A DNA stretch of 64,000 nucleotides from Candidatus Eiseniibacteriota bacterium (lineage in GTDB: Bacteria > Eisenbacteria > RBG-16-71-46 > CAIMUX01 > VGJL01): contig CAWBWI010000001.1 of the NCBI GenBank assembly GCA_963792585.1, forward strand, positions 1,920,001 to 1,984,000, written 5' to 3'. Positions 36,635 to 46,242 of the stretch are shown here, one piece after another. The notes beneath the pieces were generated by a model that did no database searches, was not told where the DNA came from, and was given only the letters and a program-made list of their open reading frames with translations. The position numbers were made by a program, and so were the translations under genes. Within the stretch, counting starts at the first letter, position 1. Each line of letters begins with the position of its first letter.

Positions 36635-38050
36635 TCAGGCAATCACCGCCGCCTTGATCAGGTTCGTCGTCCCGGCCATGCCGATCGGGAATCCGGCCGT
36701 CAGGACGACCGTGTCCCCGCTCTTGAGGAGGCCCGCCCGCTTGCCCGCCTCGCGCGCCGCGGCGATCATTCCCTCGGCATCGGCCGTTTTCTCGACGAGG
36801 ACCGGCACGACCCCCCAGACCAGGGCGAGTCGGCGGTAGGTTGACGCCAGGGGAGTCGCGGCCACGATCACCGTCGGAGGCCGGTACTTCGCCACCAGCC
36901 GCGAGGTGCTCCCCGACTGCGTGCAGGTCAGGATCGTGGGAGCTTTCAAGTCCAACGCCAGGCTGCAGGCGGCATGGGCGACCGCCTCAGGCAAGGTCGA
37001 GACCCCCGCCTCTTCGCTGCGGCGCCGGCAAGCCTCGAAGCGGAATCCCGTCTCGGCATCGTCGGCGATGCGCGCCATCATCTTCACCGCCTCGATCGGA
37101 TAGGCGCCCATCGCGGTTTCCTCGGAGAGCATCACCGCGTCGGTCCCGTCGATGATCGCGTTCGCGACGTCGGTCACCTCCGCCCGGGTCGGACGGGGCG
37201 ACTCGACCATCGAGCGCAACATCTGGGTGGCCGTGATGACCGGTTTGCCGGCACGGTTCGCCTTCGCGATCAGCATCTTCTGGACCAGCGGCACCCGCTC
37301 CAGCGGGATTTCGACGCCCAGATCGCCGCGCGCCACCATGATCCCGTCGACCTCCGCGACGATCGCATCGATGCAGTCGAGCGCCTCGTGCTTCTCGATC
37401 TTCGCGATGATCGGGGTGTCCCCACCGTGCTCGCGGATGAGTCCGCGCGCCAGGCGGATATCCTCCGCGCTGCGGACGAAGGAGAGGGCGATGTAGTCGA
37501 CCCCCTTCGCCACGCCGAAGGCGAGATCGGCGCGGTCCTTCTCCGAGAGCGACGGCGCGCGGATCGAGCGGGTCGGGAGATTGATCCCCTTGTGCGAACC
37601 GAGCGGCCCGCCGACGACGACGCGGCAGACGATATCCTCTTCGGTCGTCGAGAGGACGCTGAGTTCGAGCGCGCCGTCGCTCAAGAGGAGCGTGTCGCCG
37701 GGCTTCACTTCCTTAGGTAGGTCTGGATACGTCAAAGAAGCGGACTGCGCGTCGCCGGGCACATCGCGCGCGGTGAGGGTGAAGGTCGCCCCCGAACCGA
37801 GATCGATCGATCCGCCGGCGATCGGCCCGGTGCGGACCTTCGGCCCCGCGAGATCCTGCAGAATCGCCACGGGTCGATCGAGGCGCGCGGCGATCGCGCG
37901 CAGGGCATCGATGACCCGCCCGTGCTCTTCCTGCGTCCCGTGGGAGAAGTTCAGCCGGGCGACGTTCATCCCCGCGTCGACCAGATTCTCCAGGGCCTCG
38001 GGCGATCGCGACGACGGGCCGATCGTGCAGACGATCTTCGTTCGGCGCAT
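36635..38050 (-). CDS. pyk: Pyruvate kinase
   Basis: RRTKIVCTIGP, RLNFSHG, IIAKIE, MVARGDLGVE, ATQML, DAVMLSEETA. Confidence 0.97.
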   Translation of the reverse strand: MRRTKIVCTIGPSSRSPEALENLVDAGMNVARLNFSHGTQEEHGRVIDALRAIAARLDRPVAILQDLAGPKVRTGPIAGGSIDLGSGATFTLTARDVPGDAQSASLTYPDLPKEVKPGDTLLLSDGALELSVLSTTEEDIVCRVVVGGPLGSHKGINLPTRSIRAPSLSEKDRADLAFGVAKGVDYIALSFVRSAEDIRLARGLIREHGGDTPIIAKIEKHEALDCIDAIVAEVDGIMVARGDLGVEIPLERVPLVQKMLIAKANRAGKPVITATQMLRSMVESPRPTRAEVTDVANAIIDGTDAVMLSEETAMGAYPIEAVKMMARIADDAETGFRFEACRRRSEEAGVSTLPEAVAHAACSLALDLKAPTILTCTQSGSTSRLVAKYRPPTVIVAATPLASTYRRLALVWGVVPVLVEKTADAEGMIAAAREAGKRAGLLKSGDTVVLTAGFPIGMAGTTNLIKAAVIA

Positions 38051-38126
38051 CCATTCCTCCAGAGATGACGCGGGGCCGCCCGCGGCGCGCGCGGACGGCC
38101 CCGAATCGATCACTTCGATCCAGGAC

Positions 38127-40262
38127 TCACTCGGGCCTCGCGAAGAGCTTCGGGTCGACCGGGCCATTCACGATCGCCTCACTGACCTTTGCTTCGCCGA
38201 ACGGCTCCCCGTCGAAGAGGGTCTTGACCGAGTAGGGAACCATGACCGGACCGGTCTTGCGGAAGTCCCCGAAGATCTCCGTGACGTCCGCAGGACCTCC
38301 TTGGGGCGAGTCCCCGCGATACTGCAACCGCGCCGGCCGTCCCGTCTCCGGGTCGAGGAGCAGGTACGCCCGGTCCAGCCCGCCCCCGGTGAGCAAGACA
38401 ACGTCGAGCGCCTTGCCGTCGACCGTCTCCTGCGCGAGCGCCTGCGCGGTGTAGGTGTCGGGGCGGCCGAAGAGCGACCAGAAGTCGCGCGCCCGATCCT
38501 CCATCAGATCGGCGATCTCCTCGGCGGTCATGTCCTCGAGTCCCTTGGGCGTCTTCTTCCATCCGGTATCGCCGGTGCGAACCATGACGACCTCGCCGAA
38601 GGGGAGCTTCTGCGCCACGTAGTCCTTGCCATCGGCGGTGCGCAATGACCGGATGCCGACCGTGAGCGACATCCCCTGGATCGTCACCGCCATGTCAGCC
38701 TTGCTCGACATGCTCTTGAGCCCTGCCCACGCGGCGCTGCCGCCCGTGGCCTTTGCCGCCCGGTCCAGCAGCTTCTTGCCCGCGGCGAGATTGTCCGGCG
38801 TAGCCGCCGGGACCTCGACCTTGGGCGGAGGCTCGGGGATCGTCAGGTCGATCGTCTGCACGTCGCCGAGCGACATGAGCGGCTGGGCGAAGTCCTTCTG
38901 ATCGCCGACGAGGAGGAGTTGCAGATCATCGGGGTGGATGTTCCGCTTCGCCGCCGCGAGGATCGACTCGGCGGTGACCTTCTTGACCTCCTCCGGGTAC
39001 TTCGAGGTGAAGTCCGCCGGATAGCCGAAGAAGTCGAGGTAGGCCATCCGCGCGGCGATCTGGCCCTTCGAGGCGTACTGGAAAACGTAGGAGTTCAGGA
39101 TGCCGTTCTTCGCCTGATCGAGCTCCGTCTGGCTGACCGGTTCCTCGGTCAAACGCCGGACTTCCTTCTTGATGATCGCGAGGGCCACGAGTGCCGAATC
39201 GCTCCGCGTGCCCGAGTAGCCGAAGAAGACGCCGGGGCGCGCGAGTTCGGCGCCCGAGGAACCGCCGGCGGCATAGGCAAGCCCGCGCTTCGTGCGGATC
39301 TCGTTGAAGAGACGCGACGAGAAGCCGCCCCCGAAGATCTCGCCGAGGACTGTCATCGCGGCGTAGTCGGGGTTGTCGGCCTTGATCCCCACGTGACCGC
39401 CGACCACCCAGGTGTTCGTCATCGCCTTCTTCTCGGCGTAGTAGGTCCCGCCTCCCGGGATGATCTGCGCGGCGGGCGGCTCGGCCGGCGGAAGTCGCTT
39501 CGCGCCCTTCCAGTTGCCGAAGAGAGATTCGATCTGCGAGTGCACCTGCGCCGCGTCGAAGTCTCCCCAGATCGTGAAGTAGATCCGATCGGGGGTGAAG
39601 TTGCTCTTGTGGAAGGCGACCAAATCGTCGCGGGTCACTGCTTCGATCGTCGCGTACTCGGTCATCCGGGCGTACGGGTGGTCCTTTCCGTAGACGATCT
39701 GGGACATCGTGCGGAAGACGATGGCCATCGGCTCGTCGTTACGGCCGGCGATCCCGCGCCGCTGATCGACCTTCGAGAGCTCGAGCTTCTCTTCCGGGAA
39801 GGACGGGTGCTGGATCACGTCGGCCAGAATCGTCAGAACCTCCTGCGCGTTTTCGCGCAGGCACCAGAAGTTGCCCGAGCCGTTGTTCGAGCCGATGTTG
39901 AACTCCAGCGAGGCGCCCATGTTCTCGAGCTTGCGATCGAGATCATCACCGGGGTACTTCTCGCTTCCGCCCGTGCGAAGGACCTCGCCGGTCATCTCGG
40001 CGAGGCCGACCTTCTCGGCGGGATCGAGGGCGCCGCTCGCCCGCACCAGCACGCGCCCCTGCACGACCGGAAAGTCGTGATCTTCGAGGATGTAGAGGAC
40101 CATCCCGTTCGGCAGGACGCTGCGCTGGACATTCGGTAGCGTGACTTCGTTCAGAGGCGGGTATTTCAGTTTGCTGGTATCCCAGACACCCCCCGCGACG
40201 GCGGCCGAGACGGCCGCGCAGGCGAGAACCGCGAGCAGGAGACTAAACCGGATCCGCTTCAT
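38127..40262 (-). CDS. M16 peptidase non-catalytic subunit with C-terminal beta-rich extension
   Basis: LPNG, SSRLFNEIRTKRGLAY; no HXXEH; signal peptide. Confidence 0.85.
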   Translation of the reverse strand: MKRIRFSLLLAVLACAAVSAAVAGGVWDTSKLKYPPLNEVTLPNVQRSVLPNGMVLYILEDHDFPVVQGRVLVRASGALDPAEKVGLAEMTGEVLRTGGSEKYPGDDLDRKLENMGASLEFNIGSNNGSGNFWCLRENAQEVLTILADVIQHPSFPEEKLELSKVDQRRGIAGRNDEPMAIVFRTMSQIVYGKDHPYARMTEYATIEAVTRDDLVAFHKSNFTPDRIYFTIWGDFDAAQVHSQIESLFGNWKGAKRLPPAEPPAAQIIPGGGTYYAEKKAMTNTWVVGGHVGIKADNPDYAAMTVLGEIFGGGFSSRLFNEIRTKRGLAYAAGGSSGAELARPGVFFGYSGTRSDSALVALAIIKKEVRRLTEEPVSQTELDQAKNGILNSYVFQYASKGQIAARMAYLDFFGYPADFTSKYPEEVKKVTAESILAAAKRNIHPDDLQLLLVGDQKDFAQPLMSLGDVQTIDLTIPEPPPKVEVPAATPDNLAAGKKLLDRAAKATGGSAAWAGLKSMSSKADMAVTIQGMSLTVGIRSLRTADGKDYVAQKLPFGEVVMVRTGDTGWKKTPKGLEDMTAEEIADLMEDRARDFWSLFGRPDTYTAQALAQETVDGKALDVVLLTGGGLDRAYLLLDPETGRPARLQYRGDSPQGGPADVTEIFGDFRKTGPVMVPYSVKTLFDGEPFGEAKVSEAIVNGPVDPKLFARPE

Positions 40263-40273
40263 TCCCCACCCCC

Positions 40274-41800
40274 TCAAGACGACGAGCCGGCGCTCTTGCG
40301 CAGGATCGCGACCGTCCGGTTGTCGACGCGCAGACACTCACGCGCCGCGTTCATCACGTCGTCTTTCGTAACGGCGTTGACCTCGTCGAGCTGGCGGAAG
40401 AGCTTGCGCCAGTCTCCGCGAATCATCTGGTTGTAGACGAGCTGCTCGGCCAGCCCACCGTTCGCCTGGATCTGGCGCAGGAAGCGCGCGCGTGAACGCG
40501 TCTTGAATCCGGCGAGCTCTTCGTCGGTCACCGGCGCGTCCTTGAGGAAGCGCGCGACCTCGCGGTCGAAGACGGCGAGCGCCGTGTCGGGCTCGACGCC
40601 GGAAGCGGGAACGATGTAGCTGAACATCAAGGTCGGGTACTTCTCCCCCGGCATTCCCGCGAACATGCCGCTCTGTACCGCGAGCTTCTTCTCCTTGACG
40701 AGCGTCGTGTAGAGACGGCTCGACCGGCCCTGTCCGATCACGTCCGAGAGCGCCTCGTAGGCGTGCCACTTCGGGTCGTTCACGTCGGGGATGTGCCAGC
40801 CGAGGAAGACGAGCGGCTGCTCGTCGGCGATCATCGTGACGCGACGCTCGACATCCTGCCGCGGCTCGATGGTCATGACGGGAGGCGGCGCGGGGGCGTC
40901 GCTCATCGTCGAGAAGTACTTCTTCGCGAAGCCTTCGATCTCGGAGGTCTTGACGTCTCCCACGACCGCGATCGTCACGTTCTTGGCGACGTAGTGCTCC
41001 TTGCGGAACGCTTCGGCCTGCTCGCGACTGAAGGTCTCGAGATCGGATCGGTGGCCGATCAGACCATTGCCGTACGGAGCGGCGACGAAGGCGGTCTGGA
41101 GGAATCCCTCGAAGAGGCGCCCGGAGGCAGTCGATTCGGTGCGCATCCGGCGCTCTTCGATGACGACCTCGCGCTCCTTGTAGAACTCGCGCAAGACCGG
41201 GTTGATCAGGCGGTCCGATTCCGTCATCGCCCAGAGCTCGATCTTGTTGGAGGGAAGCTCGTACTCGTACTGCGTCTGATCGGTGCCGGTGCCGGCGTTC
41301 AGTCCGACCACGCCATTGCGCTCCAGGATCGCGCTGAACCCGTTCGAAACGACGTACTTGTCCGCCTCGGCCTGCGCCGCCTTGAAGGAGTCCTTCAGCG
41401 CGGCGATCTTCGTCGAATCCGCGAGGCGCCCCTTGTAGCGCTCCGCCATCAGCGCGGCATAGGCGCGATCGACGGCGTCGAGGGCAACCTTCTCCTTCTT
41501 GTAGTCCGTGGTGCCGATGTTCGGCGTCCCCTTGAACGCCATGTGCTCGAACATGTGCGCGATGCCGGTGACCCCGGCCACCTCGTCCACCGCCCCGACG
41601 TTCGCGTATGTGCGGAATGCGAAGACCGGCGCGTCGTGCCGCTCCAGGACGATGAACTTCAGTCCATTCGGGAGCGTGAACTCATGGACGTCCTTCTCCA
41701 GCGATGCGAATCCCTGCGTCGCCGGCGCGTCCGCGGCGAGCGCCGGTCCGACCAGCGCAAGCACGGCCAGCAGCCCGAAGGCGACCCGTGCGAGTCTCAT
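40274..41800 (-). CDS. M16 zinc peptidase catalytic subunit (exported)
   Basis: HMFEH, NAGT, EREVVIEERR, SSRLY. Confidence 0.92.
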   Translation of the reverse strand: MRLARVAFGLLAVLALVGPALAADAPATQGFASLEKDVHEFTLPNGLKFIVLERHDAPVFAFRTYANVGAVDEVAGVTGIAHMFEHMAFKGTPNIGTTDYKKEKVALDAVDRAYAALMAERYKGRLADSTKIAALKDSFKAAQAEADKYVVSNGFSAILERNGVVGLNAGTGTDQTQYEYELPSNKIELWAMTESDRLINPVLREFYKEREVVIEERRMRTESTASGRLFEGFLQTAFVAAPYGNGLIGHRSDLETFSREQAEAFRKEHYVAKNVTIAVVGDVKTSEIEGFAKKYFSTMSDAPAPPPVMTIEPRQDVERRVTMIADEQPLVFLGWHIPDVNDPKWHAYEALSDVIGQGRSSRLYTTLVKEKKLAVQSGMFAGMPGEKYPTLMFSYIVPASGVEPDTALAVFDREVARFLKDAPVTDEELAGFKTRSRARFLRQIQANGGLAEQLVYNQMIRGDWRKLFRQLDEVNAVTKDDVMNAARECLRVDNRTVAILRKSAGSSS

Positions 41801-41865
41801 CTGCCCCTCCTCCTCTTCCATCAAGGGAATCCCGCGCCCGGCGGGCCGGCGCGGGTCCGATCTCG

Positions 41866-41874
41866 TGCTATAGT
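41866..41874 (+). promoter_or_regulatory. Extended -10 element for argS
   Basis: TGcTATAGT about 40-50 nt upstream of the start. Confidence 0.45.
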
Positions 41875-41923
41875 GCCCGACGTCCCGAGATTATACGGAA
41901 GGACGGCCAAAAAGATGCCCCGG

Positions 41924-43825
41924 ATGGAGAAAACCTTACAGGACCTGAAGACGGCCCTCCTGGCCTGCGCGCCCGGAACCGTCGAGGGATTCGACCCCGC
42001 GTTCACGCGTCCGCCCAACCCGGACCTCGGGGACATCGCGATCGCGGTCTTCCCGCTGGCGAAGGGGCTGGGCAAGCCGCCGCAGCAGATCGCGCAGGAC
42101 TGGGCGGCGCGGCTTCCGGCCGGCACCCCGCTGGGTCCCGACCTTCGCCTGGAGAGCGCACAGGGGGCGGGTGGATTCCTGAACCTCCGTTTCGAGGCGA
42201 CCTCGCTCCTGCGGAGCGTCTGTGCCTGCGTGACGGAGGAAGGATCGGCTTATGGCGCAATCACCACCGGGGCCGGCATGCGCGCCATGGTCGAGTACTC
42301 GAGCCCGAACACGAACAAGCCGCTCCACCTCGGGCACGTGCGCAACAACGTCATCGGCATGAGCCTCTCGAATGTCCTGGAAGCGGGCGGGTACGAAGTG
42401 ATCCGCGCGAACCTGGTCAACGATCGGGGCATCCACATCTGCAAGTCGATGCTCGCCTACCAGACGTGGGGAAACGGCGAAACGCCGGCGATCGCGCGCG
42501 AGAAGGGCGATCACTTCGTCGGGCGTTACTACGTCCGCTTCGACCAGGCCCTGCGCGAGGAGCGGACCGAGTACTTCCACCGCGAGGGGATCGATCCGGC
42601 GAGCCTCGAACGCGAGGCGCGCGACGAGGCGGAGGATCGTTTCCTCGCCTGGTCGAGCTGGCAGCGCAACGCCCAGAAGATGCTCCAGCGCTGGGAAGAA
42701 GGCGACGCCGCCACGCTCGCCCTCTGGCGCCGGATGAACGACTGGGTCTACGAGGGGTTCCGGCAGACCTATGAGCGGCTCGGTTGCCGGTTCGACCGCT
42801 GGTACTTCGAGAGCGAGACCTGGCAGCTCGGCAAGGCCGAGGTCGAGCGCGGCCTCGGTATGGGCGTCTTCTATCGCAAGGAGGACGGCTCGGTCTGGGC
42901 GCGTCTGGAGCCAATGGGCTTGCAGGACAAGCTCGTCCTGCGCTCCAACGGCACCTCGGTCTACATCACACAGGACATCGGCACCGCCGTGCGCAAGCAC
43001 GAGGACTACCGGATGGACCGCTCGCTCTACGTCGTCGGCGCCGAGCAGATCCTCCACTTCAAGAACCTCTTCGCGATGCTGAAGGCGCTGGGCTACGCGT
43101 GGGCGGAGGGGTGCACGCACGTCGCCTACGCGCTCGTCACCCTGCCGCGCGGCATGGGCAAACTCAAGTCACGCGAGGGAACCGCCGTCGACGCCGACGA
43201 TCTTCTCGACGTTCTCCACGAAGAGGCGAAGAAGAAGATCGTCGAGGGTGGCTACTGCGGCGACGATCCCGAGCGGATCGAGGCGACGGCCGAGGCGATC
43301 GGTCAGGGCGCGCTGAAGGTGTACCTGCTGCAAGTCGGCAACGACAAGAACATTGTCTTCGACCCGGAGGAGAAGCTCGCCTTCGAGGGCGACACGGGCC
43401 CGGCGATCCAGTACAGCCACGCGCGGATCTGCGGCATCGTGCGCAAAGGACTCGAGCGTGGGGTGATTGCCGAGGCCGATCTCGTCCCCGCGAGCGACGC
43501 TCCGGCGGGTGTCTGGACTGGGATGCGCGAGGAGCGGGTCGACTACACGCGGCTCTCATCAAGCGAGGAACGGGAGATCGCACTGCGGTTGCTCGAGTTC
43601 CCGATCGCCGTGGGGCTTGCGAACCGGCAGCTCTCTGCCGCGCCGATCGCGACGTACCTGCTCGAACTCACGCGGGCCTATGCGCGCTTCTACCATGCGC
43701 ACCGGGTATTGGACGCGGCGGATGCGGAGACGCGGAATGCGCGGCTCCACTTGAGCCTCTGCGTTGCGCAGGTCCTGCGACGGGGTTTGGGGATCCTCAC
43801 AGTGGAAGCGCCCGACCGAATGTAG
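41924..43825 (+). CDS. argS: Arginine--tRNA ligase (alternative start 41915)
   Basis: VEYSSPNTNKPLHLGHVRN, NDRGIHICKSM, YITQDIG, KLKSREG, GDTGPAIQYSHARI. Confidence 0.97.
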   Translation: MEKTLQDLKTALLACAPGTVEGFDPAFTRPPNPDLGDIAIAVFPLAKGLGKPPQQIAQDWAARLPAGTPLGPDLRLESAQGAGGFLNLRFEATSLLRSVCACVTEEGSAYGAITTGAGMRAMVEYSSPNTNKPLHLGHVRNNVIGMSLSNVLEAGGYEVIRANLVNDRGIHICKSMLAYQTWGNGETPAIAREKGDHFVGRYYVRFDQALREERTEYFHREGIDPASLEREARDEAEDRFLAWSSWQRNAQKMLQRWEEGDAATLALWRRMNDWVYEGFRQTYERLGCRFDRWYFESETWQLGKAEVERGLGMGVFYRKEDGSVWARLEPMGLQDKLVLRSNGTSVYITQDIGTAVRKHEDYRMDRSLYVVGAEQILHFKNLFAMLKALGYAWAEGCTHVAYALVTLPRGMGKLKSREGTAVDADDLLDVLHEEAKKKIVEGGYCGDDPERIEATAEAIGQGALKVYLLQVGNDKNIVFDPEEKLAFEGDTGPAIQYSHARICGIVRKGLERGVIAEADLVPASDAPAGVWTGMREERVDYTRLSSSEEREIALRLLEFPIAVGLANRQLSAAPIATYLLELTRAYARFYHAHRVLDAADAETRNARLHLSLCVAQVLRRGLGILTVEAPDRM

Positions 43826-43866
43826 GCCGGGCGCTTCCAAGTTGGACGCTTGTGGAAAAGCGTTCG

Positions 43867-45519
43867 CTAGGCGTCGCGGTCCGTATCCGGCTCGGACAGA
43901 TCGACCGGGCCGATCCCATCCGACATACCGATCCGACCCTCGGGGGCTATCCGCCGCATCGGCTCAGAGGACTCGGCAGTCGGCTCGCCCGCGACATCTC
44001 CACCGATGCTGCTCCCCAGACCCTTGTGGGAACGGTTCTCGCGCGGCTTCGAATGCTTACCCCTGCGGCCGGCGAGAACGGGCTTCTTGATCCGCCCGAA
44101 TTCGGCCACCGGCTGAGGCGTTGATGTCCGAGGTTCCGTCGCCGGCCGATCGGAGAATCCGGAGATGCGGTCGATCGGCTCCTGATCATCGACGGGACCG
44201 ATAGGTCCGATCGGACCCTCGGACGCGTGATGCTCGGGAGGCTGGTACGAACGCGGCTCGGGCGGCTGGTATGCGCGCGGCTCAGGCGGTTGGTATGCAC
44301 GCGGCTCGGCCGGCTCGAATGCGCGAGGCTCACTGGCCGCGACCGGCTCGTACCGCGGCCGGGGCGGTGGCTCCTGCTCGCGTTCCGTGTCGGCGGGCGC
44401 AGGAGCGGGACGCTCCTCTCCATATGAAGATCCGCGCTCTTCGCGGCGCTCCCCGAAACCGCCTCTCGAACCCCCACGTCCGCCTCTGCGACGGCGTCCG
44501 CGGCTCCGGTCTCTGTCCCGGTCGCGATCCTGATCGCGCCTCTCCTCGACCGGCGCCTCGACCTCTTCGCCTTCTTCGCGCGGCGGGACGTCGGGGCGGA
44601 GCGGTCGCATCGGAGGAATCTCGACGCGCGGGCGCGGAGGTCCTCCGACGGGTCTTGGGCTCAGCCTCTCATCGATCGGCGGAGTCTCCGGGCGCTGAAC
44701 CCGGGGCATGTCCTGGGGCGGTCGGTTCGGAAGGGGGACGGTATTCGGCGGAGTCCCCGAAACGACGACGCTCAGGCCGCGACCATCGGTCGGCTCGGCA
44801 GCGGGCGGCCGGCGGCGGGGTCTGTCCAGTCGGTCCCCACGTTCGTGACGGTCGCCGCGCTCCGGGCGTTCTCCCCGCAAGGGGCGATCACCGCGCTCCA
44901 CACGATCGGGTCGTTCCGGTCGATCGGGACGATCCCGGCGCTCCGGGCGCTCTCCCGGACGCTCTGGGGCGCCCGCCCGGACGGGGGCGGAAGCATCCCG
45001 CGGGGGCCGACTCCCGCGGGGGCCTTCACTTCGACGGCCTTCGCGACTGCCCCGCCCACGCCGGCGATCCAGGTCCCGTTCCCCACGACGAGTGTCCCGA
45101 TCGCGGCCCACGCCCCGCCGAAGGGGCTGTCTCTGGTCTCTGGAGGCCGGGATCCGCAGGTCGGTGATCACGGAGGGAGCGTTCATGGCGAGGAGGCCGA
45201 CGATGCCAAGCAGAAGCCCGGCAGCGGCAACGCCAAGGGACGGAAGGGAATGAAAACCGCCCGCGGCAAAGGTGCCCAGGCCGACGACGGCGGTCGCGGA
45301 GCCGAGGGTGATCGAGAGGGGATAAGCCTCCTGCTTCTCTTTCTGGATCCAGCGCATCGCAAGCCCAACGAGGGCGGCCGCTCCAATGGCGGCAAGTGCG
45401 AGCGTCACCATCAGGGGGTTGCGTTCGCCCCCCCTGGAGAAGGCGGCCATGGCCCAGCCGGCCACGGCCAGATCGACAACCCCGGAGATAACAAGGGTCG
45501 TGACGAGAAATGAGTTCAT
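43867..45519 (-). CDS. Membrane protein (about 4 TM) with long disordered Arg/Pro/Glu-rich tail
   Basis: Hydrophobic N-terminal 110 aa; RPER/RGDR and PEPRAYQP repeats. Confidence 0.7.
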   Translation of the reverse strand: MNSFLVTTLVISGVVDLAVAGWAMAAFSRGGERNPLMVTLALAAIGAAALVGLAMRWIQKEKQEAYPLSITLGSATAVVGLGTFAAGGFHSLPSLGVAAAGLLLGIVGLLAMNAPSVITDLRIPASRDQRQPLRRGVGRDRDTRRGERDLDRRRGRGSREGRRSEGPRGSRPPRDASAPVRAGAPERPGERPERRDRPDRPERPDRVERGDRPLRGERPERGDRHERGDRLDRPRRRPPAAEPTDGRGLSVVVSGTPPNTVPLPNRPPQDMPRVQRPETPPIDERLSPRPVGGPPRPRVEIPPMRPLRPDVPPREEGEEVEAPVEERRDQDRDRDRDRSRGRRRRGGRGGSRGGFGERREERGSSYGEERPAPAPADTEREQEPPPRPRYEPVAASEPRAFEPAEPRAYQPPEPRAYQPPEPRSYQPPEHHASEGPIGPIGPVDDQEPIDRISGFSDRPATEPRTSTPQPVAEFGRIKKPVLAGRRGKHSKPRENRSHKGLGSSIGGDVAGEPTAESSEPMRRIAPEGRIGMSDGIGPVDLSEPDTDRDA

Positions 45520-45811
45520 TGAATCCTCTTACGTTCGTTCGCAGACCATGAACATCCGTCATGGTTCTCGGGATGCGCGGTCTGAGCAGATGTGTTGTCG
45601 CTTCAATGTAGGCCAGGCATCGAAGGGCTGTCAACGACAGGCACCCCCCCTCCGGGGCCCCGGGAGGCTCAAACCTCTATTTACCTGTCAGACAAGCCGA
45701 TCTATCATGAGGCGATTTCAGCCGGAACGCCATTTCCAGGGCCCAGGTCCTTTGGGACCGCCCCCGACTTGACCGGCCTCGTGAGGGGCTGAGGGAGGAG
45801 TGCGCCGCGTC

Positions 45812-46228
45812 ATGAGCAAGGGGAAAATTCTGTTGGTCGACGACGATCCGGATCTCGTCGAGGCGATGCGTCTGGTGCTGGAGGGGAACGGGTACGACTG
45901 CGTCCACGCATCGAACGGGACGCGCGCCTTGGAGGCTCTCCCCAAGGAGAAGCCTGATCTGATGGTCCTGGACGTGATGATGGACGACCTCACCGAGGGC
46001 TTCCACGTTGCCTATAAGATCCGCAAGCCGGAGCCGGGGCTCGAGGCGTTCCAGCACATGCCGATCATCATGTTGACGGCGATCGGGTCGAGGACCGGAA
46101 TGAAGTTCGATCTCGCGGCTGATGCCGACTACCTTCCTGTCGAGGAATTCCTCGAGAAACCGGTCCAGCCGAAGGAGCTGCTCGCGAAGGTCGAGGAGCT
46201 ATTGAGCAAGGTCCGAGGAGGGCGTTGA
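45812..46228 (+). CDS. Single-domain response regulator
   Basis: ILLVDDD, PDLMVLDVMM, IMLTA, KP. Confidence 0.92.
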   Translation: MSKGKILLVDDDPDLVEAMRLVLEGNGYDCVHASNGTRALEALPKEKPDLMVLDVMMDDLTEGFHVAYKIRKPEPGLEAFQHMPIIMLTAIGSRTGMKFDLAADADYLPVEEFLEKPVQPKELLAKVEELLSKVRGGR

Positions 46229-46242
46229 GCCACCGCTAAACG

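Noticed and set aside
40763..41914. N-terminal 380-aa extension of ArgRS
   Set aside because: Antisense shadow of the M16 gene; ArgRS homology starts near 41924
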